64,000 nt of DNA from Camelus dromedarius (taxonomy: Eukaryota): contig NC_087472.1 of assembly GCF_036321535.1 (NCBI RefSeq), positions 97,652,001 through 97,716,000 of the forward strand, in the 5' to 3' direction. Below, piece after piece: positions 1 through 10,729 of the stretch (position 1 is its first letter; the number at the start of each line of letters is the position of its first letter). A program made the position numbers and the translations under genes. The notes beneath the pieces were generated by a model. That model searched no databases. It saw only the letters and a program-made list of their open reading frames with translations, and was not told the origin of the DNA.

Positions 1-156
1 AGAGTTGTGCAGTCATCACTACAATTTAATTTTAAAATTGTCATTACCACCAAAGAAACCCCATACCCACTAGAAGTAGTCATTCCCTAATCCGCGCTTC
101 TCCAGCCCCTGGCAGCCACCGATCTACTTTCTGTATCTATGCGTTTGCCTGTTCTG
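1..156 (-). mobile_element. L1 (L1MB/L1MC-type) 3' end fragment, runs off window start
   Basis: 'cccctggcagccaccgatctactttctgtatctatgcgtttgcctgttctg' matches the antisense L1M 3'UTR signature (ccctggcaaccactaatctactttctgtctctatggatttgcc). Confidence 0.7.
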
Positions 157-239
157 CCACAGATAATTGAAAGATTGTGTGTGTGTTTCTATTTACAAAG
201 ACACTTCCCTCCAGGCCTTGAGCTGCGGCTGCTGTAGAA

Positions 240-1280
240 CAAAAAGAGACATTTATCAAGGCCAGTGCCATCCTGAACAGGCAGGGCCAGTGCAAGCCCC
301 AAGGAGAGTTAAGCTGAGCGCCTAAGTGCCTGCAGAAACCGAGCGGGAACTGTAAGAGCTGCCTAGGAGACAGGACAGGCTGAACGTGAAGGAAACTTAC
401 GCAGAGACAGAAGTGGATCCCAGCAATCTACTGGGCCACACGCAGGAGCAGGGAGCCTAAAAGAGTATCAAGTAAGAGAAAGGGGTCAAGAGTGTGTGCA
501 CTAAGATCTAGAAAAACACCACCAGCCAAAGAAATATTAAAGCTTTTTATGCCCTCCTTCCCTTCCAGAAATATTTTATTTAAAAATAATATTCATCATT
601 ACAAAAGCAGTATATATGCACTAAAGAAAATTAGAGAATACAGATAAGCAAAAATAAGAAAACAAAGACATTTTATTTCTATAACCTAAATTATTACTCA
701 TATCCTTTTTCTGCATAGCTTTCCAGAATAAGGTCTACCTATATCTCCTTATATCTATAGCTTCTCTTTACCAAAATTAGATCACACTGGACATGTTTGG
801 TACCTTGCTTTTTTCTTTTAATGATCTCTGCCTTAACTTGTCAACAAGTTGCTCTCCTCTTGTTAAATTAGACCTTGACACCCACACCCCCATGAAAGGA
901 AAGTACCCAGATAAAGAGCATTGGTGAAAAAAATAGGATTCAGGCCATCAACGCTAGGAGGGAGTTTTTGAAACGCTTTTAAAATATTGTCATGTTTACC
1001 ACCGTAAAACAATCAGCATATTAAAGATAATGGACATCTGATCCCATCCTTGGGAAACTATGACTCTGGCTGGATCTCTCACTTGCATCAGGCTGAGGGG
1101 TGTGCTCAGTGGCCCGATGTCTAAGGCAGTCCTTACTGCAAACGTGTTCTCCCAAAACCAGTGTTCTTCCTAAATAAAAGGGTTAGCCTTTTGTGGTTGT
1201 TGTTTCCCAGTGAAGTGTTAGAGTCCTTGGTTTGTCTCGCTGTGTTTCTTTGGAGAAGCAAAGATGTAGCTATGAACAGA
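240..1280 (+). mobile_element. Possible very old LTR (Gypsy/ERVL-class), split by an L1ME4 fragment
   Basis: Purine-rich U3-like composition, AATAAA at ~1173 followed by a GT-rich U5-like tail; family not identified. Confidence 0.25.
570..825 (-). mobile_element. L1ME4-type 3' end fragment
   Basis: 'acaaaagcagtatatatgcactaaagaaaattagagaatacagataagcaaaaataagaaaac...ccttgcttttttc' resembles the antisense L1ME4a terminus. Confidence 0.6.
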
Positions 1281-1599
1281 GAATCTTCAGTTATTCTCCA
1301 GCAGTATACTGATAGAGGTTATTTCTCTTTTCAACAAATTCTAATAAATGCAATTTAAAAATTTTAGTAAGATGATCATTTAACCTCCAAAATCATTCAC
1401 CATTTGATTCCCCAAAGTAGTTTGCTACATATTTTAAGTGGTTAGAGTAGTAAAAATGTATTTGCCATTTTTTTCTCAGAAACACACCTGTTAAATAAAC
1501 TGTGACATGCCATAGGAGCTGTAGATTTTATGGGGAAAAATGGGGTCATTTTAGGAAACAAGAGGAACATAGTAAGGTTGCATTAGGATGTGGTGTTGC

Positions 1600-1745
1600 T
1601 CCTTCTTACTAGCTGTGTAAACTTGACAAATGATATCATTTCTCTGAGGCTCATTTCCCTTCTCTGTAAAAGAACCATGCAGATGCATACCTCTCAGCCT
1701 TGTTGTGAGGCATAAATGAGAAACTTCTGGAAAGAATGTGAAGTA
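1600..1745 (+). mobile_element. MIR SINE
   Basis: Core 'ttactagctgtgtaaacttgac...tctctgaggctcatttccc...ctgtaaaa...gttgtgagg..taaatgaga'. Confidence 0.7.
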
Positions 1746-1761
1746 GTGATTTGACACTGAT

Positions 1762-2015
1762 AAATAATAATAGTACCTGACACTTCCATAATTCTTAACG
1801 TGTGCCAGACACTCTTCTAAACACTTGACCTATACTGATTCATTTAATACAAAAGTCCTACAAGGCAGGTATTATCATCACTACCCCCATTTTACAGATG
1901 AGTAAACTGAGACCGACAGAAGTTAGGTAATTTACCCAAGGTGACACAACTGGTATGTGGTAGAACCGAGATTTGAACCCAGGAGACATGGCTTCAGAAT
2001 CAGTGCTCTTAATCC
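1762..2015 (-). mobile_element. MIR SINE, near full length
   Basis: 'cccattttacagatgagtaaactgagac...gttaggtaatttacccaaggtgacaca...gagatttgaacccagg'. Confidence 0.85.
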
Positions 2016-2280
2016 TTCCCCTCCTTGTTGTAGTAGCTCTGGTTTACCTTTTCCTTTCCTTTTTTTTATTTCTGTCATTTTTTCCTGTTAAGCTATAGAC
2101 ATTTCTCTTATTATGCTACAATTATTTATGGAATGTTTGCACAATGCCTGTATGAGGTTATGTGAGGTCCCTGTTCTCGTTAAACTTACCCTATCGTTGA
2201 TCTCAACTGCCTTTCCTTCACTGGATAGTAGATGTGTTCTTTTGATGACCTAAATTGGTTACTTTGATGTAAAGATAACA

Positions 2281-3275
2281 TCACGGGCATCTAACTTGTG
2301 TGGTCATACGGAGTCCTACGCTGTCACTGGGTCCCACCCTTGGTTTAATCCCCTGATGTCGCAGTTTTGAAATTTTTAATAACTTTATCCTTGAATGTGT
2401 GTTTTGTAAGTAAACTCCAAGGAGACATGTGCAATATGTTTGTCTACTATTCCTTGCCCCCCTCTTCACATACTGCATTCAAGATGCCCCACAGACACAG
2501 AATTCCAGTGGACCCATGATGCGTGCAGTTCAGTGAGACTCAAAACAAGCCTGAGATCAGTGTGTTACATCTATGACTGAATCAGCAGGGAGTAGGGGCT
2601 GCTGACAGCCTGGGAAGAGAATGCTGTCTCTTCCAACAGAAAGCTGCTTTTGACACACAGAAAGAAGGTGAGGGTGTTCTAGGAAACATGTGGAATCAAA
2701 GAACCTTGTCATATCCTTTCTTATTCATCTACTTTCCTGTCCTAGCCAACCACCAACACTGAAAATGATGACATAGAAGGGAAGGGAAAGATAGGGCAAC
2801 CCATAGTTCCTGTTCCTTCTCCTTTTAGTCCTCCATCCTTACTCATCAGTAAACTGAAGGTAGAAAATGTTGCTAAATGGGCTCCTATCAAGAAGTGATG
2901 CAAACACAATTGGCTTAGTTTTGTGCAGCATTTCCACTCTTCTGGTAAAAGCTTGTATAAGCTATGAAAATGAATTGTGTAATTTCTGTGATTCTGTAAA
3001 CAACTTAAGTGCGCCGATGTTTGCATTTCAGACTGGCATTGCACCGTATAAAGACGAACAGTCAAGTGCATGCTAATGAAAATTTTTAATTTTGCTTTAC
3101 TTAGAATAACATTAAATAGCAAATTTTAAACACCATGGTAAGTTGAGAGAGAGTGAGAAACCATACAAGAAAGGGAAAACTGTATATTTTACTACCTTTC
3201 ATGGCAATTTCTCTGCTTTTTGAACAAGATTTCCCACTTTCATTTTGCACTGGGCCCCACAAATTTTAGGTGGTG
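2281..3275 (+). mobile_element. MER45B-like non-autonomous hAT-Tip100 DNA transposon, near full length
   Basis: 5' 'cttggtttaat...ttgaaatttttaataactttatccttgaa', internal 'gaaaatgatgacatagaagggaagggaaagatagggcaacccatagttcc', 3' 'ttcattttgcactgggccccacaaatt'; about 1 kb, as for MER45B. Confidence 0.85.
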
Positions 3276-4889
3276 CTACTTGAGGGTAAAAAGCACCCAG
3301 AAACATAGAGGTGAGCTTCTTGACTAAAACAGATCAGGAAACAATGAATGACTGGATTGGAGAGAAGACGTGAGCGCATGACCTTTGAAGGCCAAGCTTG
3401 AAAGAACATAATTTATTACAGAAGCCGAGGGGACCACCACGTTGTTGAACAAAAGATGAATTCTTCCTATGTATTATGATACATCGAAATGATACAGTTT
3501 TAAATACTGATAGAACTCTAAACGCAAATTGCAAACAAGCAAGCAAAGAGCCGGCAAAACAGCACCTTGGGTTCTGGAGCAGTGGACAGGGATAATAAAT
3601 AGAAGTGAACTGGAGGCTGGGACAGCAGCTGCAAGAAGGGGCATTTGATAGAGCCTTCAGAATATTAAAGAGACATTTAAGATCTAAGAATAAAGCCTCA
3701 GCAGTGGGCCCTTTAATCTTAGAAGACCCATCATTTCACATTTAGTCTCTCTTTTAAACGTGGCTGTTACCTGAGGTGACTTCTCCTTCCAGTCTTTTCT
3801 CAGAAAGGTCTCTTTTGAGCAGAAAAGGCAAAGTTATCCTTTTATTATTTTTTTCAAGGAGCGCATGGAACCTGCACTGCCTCAACCCATGGGCTTGAAG
3901 CTTTTCTCAGAGCTACAGCCCTTGGGCAGAGCGAGGTCAAGCTGCACTGCACGAGGCCCTGTGGACGAAAGATAAACACCCAGATACCAGCATAATTACT
4001 CTGGAGAGCAGACATCGCGCTGTTTCTTTTCCTGCCTTGTCTAGCCATCTCCTCCCCTTGTTGTCATATTCATGCTTGAAGGAGCAGATGTTGTTCATGC
4101 TCTGCGTTGCTATAAAAAGCCAGCCTTTTGCCCTCCTTGCCCATCAAGCACCACTCACTTCAGGCTGATGATGGCTCCGTGGGTGATAGGTGCATTTGAT
4201 CAACTGGCCATTGCTCCAGCGTGACAGATGAGCCATCTCCAGAGGTCAGCACCTTTGAGCCATGCCCTGTGTTAACAGGGAAGAGGCAGTGCCCATGAGG
4301 AGGAAGCACTTCGTTATGACTGAAGCCCAACTTCCAACCTCATTCCCTTCCAATTTCCCCTGGCTCTGAACATGGAAGACACTTTCCTTCCAAAGGCCGC
4401 TTTATAAAGAGTGAACTCTCTCTAATTTATTTAGCTTTTCTTGTGCCAATATCCTAATAGTTAGACGGCAACTCCCAGTAAGTGGTTGATTACATTCAAG
4501 CAAATACACAGCTGAGCAATTAAGTGCATTCGCTTGCACCTTAGCAGACCTGAGGTGGTAGGATTATTTCATAGAAATAATTATGGCTGCTCTACCCTGC
4601 CTTGCTGTCGTTTGGGAAAAATTGGCTCTTGAAGTTGGCTTTGGGTCAAGTGGGCTGTTGCCTGGCTGTTTCTAACTGAGAACTATTTCAATGTATTTTT
4701 GTTGTTGTTGTCGTTGTGAAATTAGGTTTACACTAAATGCCATGCAGGTCTTTTGCAAAACAAAGAGTTTCCAACTGAGAACAGAGATCCCCATGCCCCA
4801 TATAGACTTGGTAAGTTAGGTGATTTTGTATATATTATGTGTATTTTAATTTTCAAAGGAATGTTTGCAAGCATTTCCTTGGAAGCATC

Positions 4890-5065
4890 CCAGTCTAGTG
4901 GAAAGAACAGTTGAGATACAGGAAAATAGCATATCCCAAGTCTTCTGCTAATTGTGTGGGTGACCTTAACAAGCCAGTCATGTCTTTGTACCTCAGTTTT
5001 CCTTAGATTATTACCTCCCTCAGAGGGTGGTTGTGAGATGGAAATGAACAGTGCATAAGAAAATG
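4890..5065 (+). mobile_element. MIR SINE
   Basis: 'gtgaccttaacaagccagtc...cctcagttttcc...cctcagagggtggttgtgagatggaaatga'. Confidence 0.65.
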
Positions 5066-6569
5066 ATGTATGGACTATTGGTTTTAGGTCCTGCTCTGTT
5101 TGATGGGTTCAACCAGTTCAACAGGAATAATTTGTTCACCTGAAGGATTTTGTTCTGAAGAAGTGAGGTGAGATTAGCCAGGACCAGATACTGTAATAAT
5201 AACATAACTTACATAACAGGAAAATGAGGGTGTGGGCGGGGAGATTAACATTTGTTAAATGCCTCAGTGTCAGTCACATGCACTGTACCTCACTGAACCT
5301 GCACGGTGACTCAACACATTGTTTGTGTCATAATCACCTTCCCGTGGCTATGACAGGAAGAGACAGAAAATCAGGGTACCTGGGTAATTTTTTGATGTTA
5401 AGAAACAGAATTGGCCAAGGTAAAAAAAAAAATGAAGAACTGCTTTAGTATCAGGGAAATAAATAGTAGAAGTGTGCAAAAGTGGTGATAATAACTAACA
5501 TTTCAAAAAGCAGCCCCGTATAAGCAGGAGCGGTGGGGCCAGGGCTGAATAGAAACAAACCGGCAACAAATCATGCATGGAAAAAAGATAAAGAAAACTG
5601 ATCTTAAAACAATTAATTACAAGGTATGGTAATTGTCCCTCGAAGTATTGTCACCTCTTCTATTAACTAATATTTTACTGCGGATATACTCAGGTATATA
5701 AGCTGAATGCAAATTCATTTATTAGTTTTGATCTAAATAAATTATAAGCATATATATTGAGTATTATATCCTCATATCTCTCAGTTATCCACACACAGTC
5801 CTGCTGGGTCTAATTTCTTTGTGTACGATTGACTTATGCTACTTATTCAAAGTGAAATCATAGAGCTTGTAGGAACCAGAGAGTTTCTGTCGGAACTGGA
5901 TGGCCGCTCCCAAGCACAATGTAGTCCCTTCACCCCACGAGGCAGGCTTGTTGTAGGCCAACACCAGTCTAGAGGGAGGGCAGCAAGAGAGTATTTCATT
6001 AGTAATCTAGGCTCCCTTTCTGTTGGAAAACCCTTCTCTTGTAAACCTAAGCCATCTGGTCTATGATACAATGTTTATATTCATAGATAAACTATAACAA
6101 TTTTTTCTTGATAGCTAATGAACTAATACGTAAATTGTCCAGCACATCACAAGTGCTCAAAACAGATGGCCACTTGGGTGCCATTGCCATTATTATGAAT
6201 ATGATCCTTCCTTTTTCCTTTTTGAAAATAGAGAATCATGAAATTAAATGCATTGTTTAATCAATTTATATAGTGTGAAAGTACTTCTTATAGTTTTCCA
6301 TCATTGATAACTAAGTCAATAAATTAATAAATGTCACAATTCTAGAACTCAGGATGACACAGGATTTCAACATTTGCATGGTTCATTTCTAACAGACAAT
6401 TCCACTTTAATGCAGTGATGGGGCATTGTGCTCCAGTGCTTAGATCTCACAGCAGAACAGTGCTTTGGCCCCTAGTTATGAGCACCTCTCTCCCTGCTAC
6501 TCTCAAAAACTGGATTGCAATCAGATGCAAATCACCCCTGCCATTGTATTATTTCTGTAGAGATGCACA

Positions 6570-6825
6570 CTGACTACATATCCGGGCAAGATGCTGGGTG
6601 AAGGGACTGAGACACGCAGTATCAGATATGAATCTGGCCCTCAGAAAACTTACCATGGAGTAAGGGCGAAACAATGTAACCTTGTAAATATTGTGTATGA
6701 TAGGAACTTGCCTGTCTTAAGACAAGTACAAAAAGAGTAGAGTTTATTTTCACAGAGGAGATGGCTAGCTGCTAGCTGGGGAATCATGGAGAAGGTGTCA
6801 ACTAAGCTTAGAGCTGAGGGAAGGG
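6570..6825 (-). mobile_element. L2 3' fragment
   Basis: 'tggccctcagaaaacttaccatggagtaaggg' and the purine-rich continuation typical of an antisense L2 tail. Confidence 0.4.
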
Positions 6826-8134
6826 TGCCGCGATTGGTCCAACAGTCAGAATTATTATCAGACATGTCCCCTGCTGACCTCACCCCCTGGTATTTTTACC
6901 CTTAATTTAGATACAACGTTTCTGTACACACACATGCTGACAGAGTGAATACCAAAGTTATTGTGTGTGCCCCAGTATCCCCGTATACCTGATATGTCCC
7001 TTAAGGACATTAGTTCCTGGGGGACAGTCCCTATAGGAGATATCCAGACACCCATTGGGTCCCCTACAAATATCAACAGTCATTAAGAACAAGATTTTAG
7101 GGGGTAACTCATTATTGTTTTATTGTATGTGGGTCGACACAGGCACTCTCTGGTCTCAGCTAGTTTCCACCTTTCTTCCTCTGACGCCTTGCTATGTCCT
7201 CATGTTCCACGGAGAGCCCCGTTTCTAACCGAGTGACTGAGCAGAGTAGAGGATGAGTGGGATTGTGAACACGTCTAAGGGAATCCGTCAGTGTGGTAGT
7301 ACTTGTGCCTCCTGGGTCCTGGCGAGGAAGCAGAGCACCGCGGTACGAGTGACTGTGGGCTGTGTGGAGAGATTTGGAGTATGCTTAGCAGTGGGAGGCC
7401 TAACAGCCTTACAGGCCCCAGAAGGACACTTCTGTGCTCAAGAGTGGCATGGAAGTTCAAGTGGCTACAGGGAAAGCCTAGGTAGAGAAAGCCTTAAACC
7501 ATCTCAAGGTATTTCCTGGGAGTGAAGTAATCTGTGCGCTCAAAGGTGACATGAACGTAGCAGGAATTGGCACCACGTCCTAAAGAGTATTGCCAACGGG
7601 ATCAGAGTGTAGGTGTGTCACATCATGTGCGCCACAGGCCATTTGTTAAAATTCTTTTTCTGCCCTTTCTTTTGTATTAAAAGTTTTGGGCTACTCCAGC
7701 CTGACATCTTTCTCCATGATATAGTTCACGTACTTCCAGTTGTGCGCCTTGACAGAGCAAGCACTTCTGACTGTTTATGAAATAAATTTTATTGCAACAG
7801 GAAGGGAAAAAAATTATTCCTTCTTTCCGGCAGCTGCAGAAAGGCAGTGGCATTTTGCATTATAAAAGTATACGATCAGTGTTATTTGTGAATCAGGAAT
7901 CTCAAAAAATAAAATAAAGACACTTGGACTTAAGAGAATATTGCTATGTCCTATAAAGGTTTTTATTAGCTTATAAGAAGATTGTAATTCCAATTATCTT
8001 CCTTACAAATCCGATGCCTTGCCATTAATACTTATTGGATTCTCTGTTTTACAAAAAGTATAAAAGCACGCGAATTGTTTTCCTTATAACAGAAGGGAAT
8101 CTATGGAAGCACACACAGATTTTAAAAAATTAAG

Positions 8135-8746
8135 GCCACAGGTTGGGTTCCCTAGGAAGCAGACAGAATTTAGGACACAGGATGTTCATTAAGGAGTATC
8201 CTCGGGGCCAAACCCTGTGGAAGGAAGTGGGTGGGGGAAGAAAGCAGAATTGGGTGATGGAAAGGATGTGTTATGATGTGAGCCTGACAGTCACCTCAGC
8301 CAACCCCAGGAAAATCCCTTCTGAGTTATCCTGACTTAGCCAGGCCTTTCTCCTCCCATATAATCAGTCTTTGGAAATGGGCCACCATGCGGGAGTGTGC
8401 TGGAGCTAGCTCATCCCAGCTCCCATGAGCTGACTGTGTGCATTCCCGTCTCCGTGTTCAGTGAAGTCAGTCATATCAGTAGCTTGAAGTCAGCAATGGA
8501 GGGAGTATTTACATCATGAAAATAAAAAAAGTCAATCAGAAAAGGTTACAAATCAGAGTTTGTTTGTTTGTTTGATTGGAGAGTCGATTCTTAAACATTT
8601 ACCAGAGCACCATTGCTACCACAAGAAGGAGTTTGGTCTTGAGTGAAGCATCGCTCTGTAACTGAGGCAACCCTGAAGGGGCTGAGAGTGGAAGGCCGTA
8701 TTCTGATGGCACTTCCAGCAGCTGGGGCTACACAGTGTCCACCACA
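8135..8746 (-). mobile_element. LTR33 (ERVL) solo LTR, interrupted by MER63A
   Basis: 'ggttgggttccctaggaagcagac...ccctgtggaaggaag...cctcagccaacccca' and, after the insert, 'ctgaggcaaccctgaaggggctgag...cagcagctgggg...cacagtgtccaccaca'. Confidence 0.8.
8390..8615. mobile_element. MER63A hAT-Blackjack DNA transposon nested in LTR33
   Basis: 'gtgtgctggagc...gtgttcagtga...gtagcttgaagtcagc...gggagtatttacatca...ttaaacatttaccagagcaccattg'; decayed 8-bp TSD ccaccatg/ctaccaca. Confidence 0.85.
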
Positions 8747-9970
8747 ACTATGATTCTGTTGGTTTTCTATTGAAACAAAGAGTTAAAGAGTCTTTGATTC
8801 ATTTAAGTTAACACATCATGTCTCACAAACTGGAGAAGTAAACTGAACAGGGAACAGATGACTGAGTATGGCGAACCCACACTGAGCTCAGATATGAGCA
8901 GACAAAGGAAATAAAGTTAACATCCTTTGGGGACTTCATGAGGATTCTGGATACTTCTGGCTTATGCCTCTAGGTTGTTGGGAACTATGTCACTAAAGAA
9001 ATACTTTTGCTAGAAAACTATTGAAAAAATTTAATTATATAGTATAGGTTTAGATTTCTGTTGCTATTAATGTTTTCTTGGGGCTTTTAGCAATTTGGGC
9101 ATGAAGGGTGAATTCACAAAATAGTCTAACATGGAACTCAAAGAACTGAGTTGAGCAGGTTAAAACCAAGATGTAAACTGAGAAAAGTGGCGGTCATCAT
9201 TCTTTATGAAAACAGAGACCCTTGGCGCTCCAAATGGACCAGATTTTATACCACTGCTGAGTAGGTTGTCTTTCCTCAGTAACAATTTGCTGCCACCCCT
9301 CTGGAGGATAAATATAAGGTTTAAAGTTTGGATGATGAAGAGCTGAGGGCAGGAGGGCAAATGTCCTCTCTCTTCGAAATGCTTTAACCCCTTGCCATGT
9401 AGTTTTAAAAAGCCATATATTGTTGGCAGGATACGAGAATATGGAGATACCAACACCGAAATGGGTGTGATTGATACACAACGCACAACCACTAGGGCAC
9501 GCACTCTGTCTTAACCTTTTCAGTAATGGGAGTGGATATGCTGTCATGCTGCAGTTGTGAGCCCCAGTGCACACTATCAAGGTGGCTGCTTGGAGTTTAG
9601 AGTACAATTGGAGCTCTTGGGGGGGAACCAGTCTAACCCATTTTCTCTGGAAGTAAATGTATTGTAAACTTAAGCTTAGCCCTGTGGTACAGGCAGTTGA
9701 CATTTATGCCCCCTAACATGACTTAAACTATAGATTCCAAACCCTTAATTTGATATCTTTCCTCTAATCAGTTGGCATCATAAGTAATTTGTGGTATCAC
9801 CTATAGGATGTCTGCTCTTACATCTTGGGAATTGCCCTAAAATTCTCTCAGTTTTTAAAATAGCTGCCTACCAGTATTCCAGTTCCTGGGAGCACTTGGC
9901 TTAGAGTTTTCCTAAGAGCGTTTTATAGTTTTTTACTTGCGCTCTTGGAAATAGAGGTTTCCTAGTACCC

Positions 9971-10205
9971 AATAATAGTAATAGTTTTTTAATTTAATTA
10001 TCATGTGCTAGGCACTGGTTCTATATATTTTATACATCAACTCCTTCATTCTTATAACAGAGCCATGAAGTAGGTACGTACCATCAATATCATCCCCATT
10101 ATGCATAGAAAGTCAAAAGTCACATAGCTAATGAATGACAGAACAAGGATTTGAGTCCAGAAGTCTTTCTTCAGAGCTCGCGCTCTTAACTTCTATGCTA
10201 TACTA
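9971..10205 (-). mobile_element. MIR SINE
   Basis: 'atgtgctaggcactg...gaagtaggta...catccccatt...gtcacatagcta...ggatttgagtccag...gctcttaac'. Confidence 0.75.
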
Positions 10206-10538
10206 TATCTCAACATAAATTTACTTTACAAACTGCATCTCTTCATGTCCTTTTGTGTCTGTCACAGGAACCCAGCAAAGTGCCCCTCCCTAAAATTATA
10301 CACTAAGATGGTGGAAGGAGTATGACTGAAATTCAGAATCTAACTGTCACATCGCTAAGTTATCTTACTGCCTGTGTCATTAAAAGAAGTCCGTCTAAAA
10401 AGAGAGTGTTATCATATGAGAGGTTACTCTTCAGTTATTTTGTTCTTCCTGTTGAAAAATTCTATCTACTAATGGAGTAGCCAATCAAATGCTCTTAAGT
10501 TGTCTTCTCTTGAGAGAGAGGGAAAGGTAGAGTGTAGA

Positions 10539-10697
10539 CAGTGTTTCTCCAACTTTAATATGAAAATTAGTCAACTGGAGGTCTTCACTAAAATGCAAAT
10601 CCTGATTCTGTTGACTCGGGTAGGACCAGACAGTCTGCATTTCTACCAAGTGCCTGCTTGATGCTGATGCTGTGGTTCTCCATGTTGAGTAGCAAGG
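10539..10697. mobile_element. MER5A1 hAT-Charlie MITE
   Basis: 'cagtgtttctccaacttt...aaaatgcaaatcctgattc...tctgcatttcta..aag...tgatgctgatgctg...gagtagcaagg'. Confidence 0.8.
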
Positions 10698-10710
10698 ACG
10701 TAGGGTGGAT

Positions 10711-10729
10711 GAGCTCCCCCTAGAGGTTA
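10711..10729 (-). promoter_or_regulatory. Candidate CTCF binding motif
   Basis: Minus strand TAACCTCTAGGGGGAGCTC versus the CTCF core CCAC(C/T)AGGGGGCGC; motif match only. Confidence 0.4.

Noticed and set aside
1600..2015. Adjacent inverted MIR pair as a dsRNA hairpin
   Set aside because: Both copies appear too diverged for a long stable duplex
4551..4610. let-7-like start (TGAGGTGGTAGG) followed by hairpin attatttc-ata-gaaataat
   Set aside because: The seed differs from let-7 (GAGGTAG), the stem is only ~8-9 bp, and the putative mature arm has no complementary star arm; not a pre-miRNA fold
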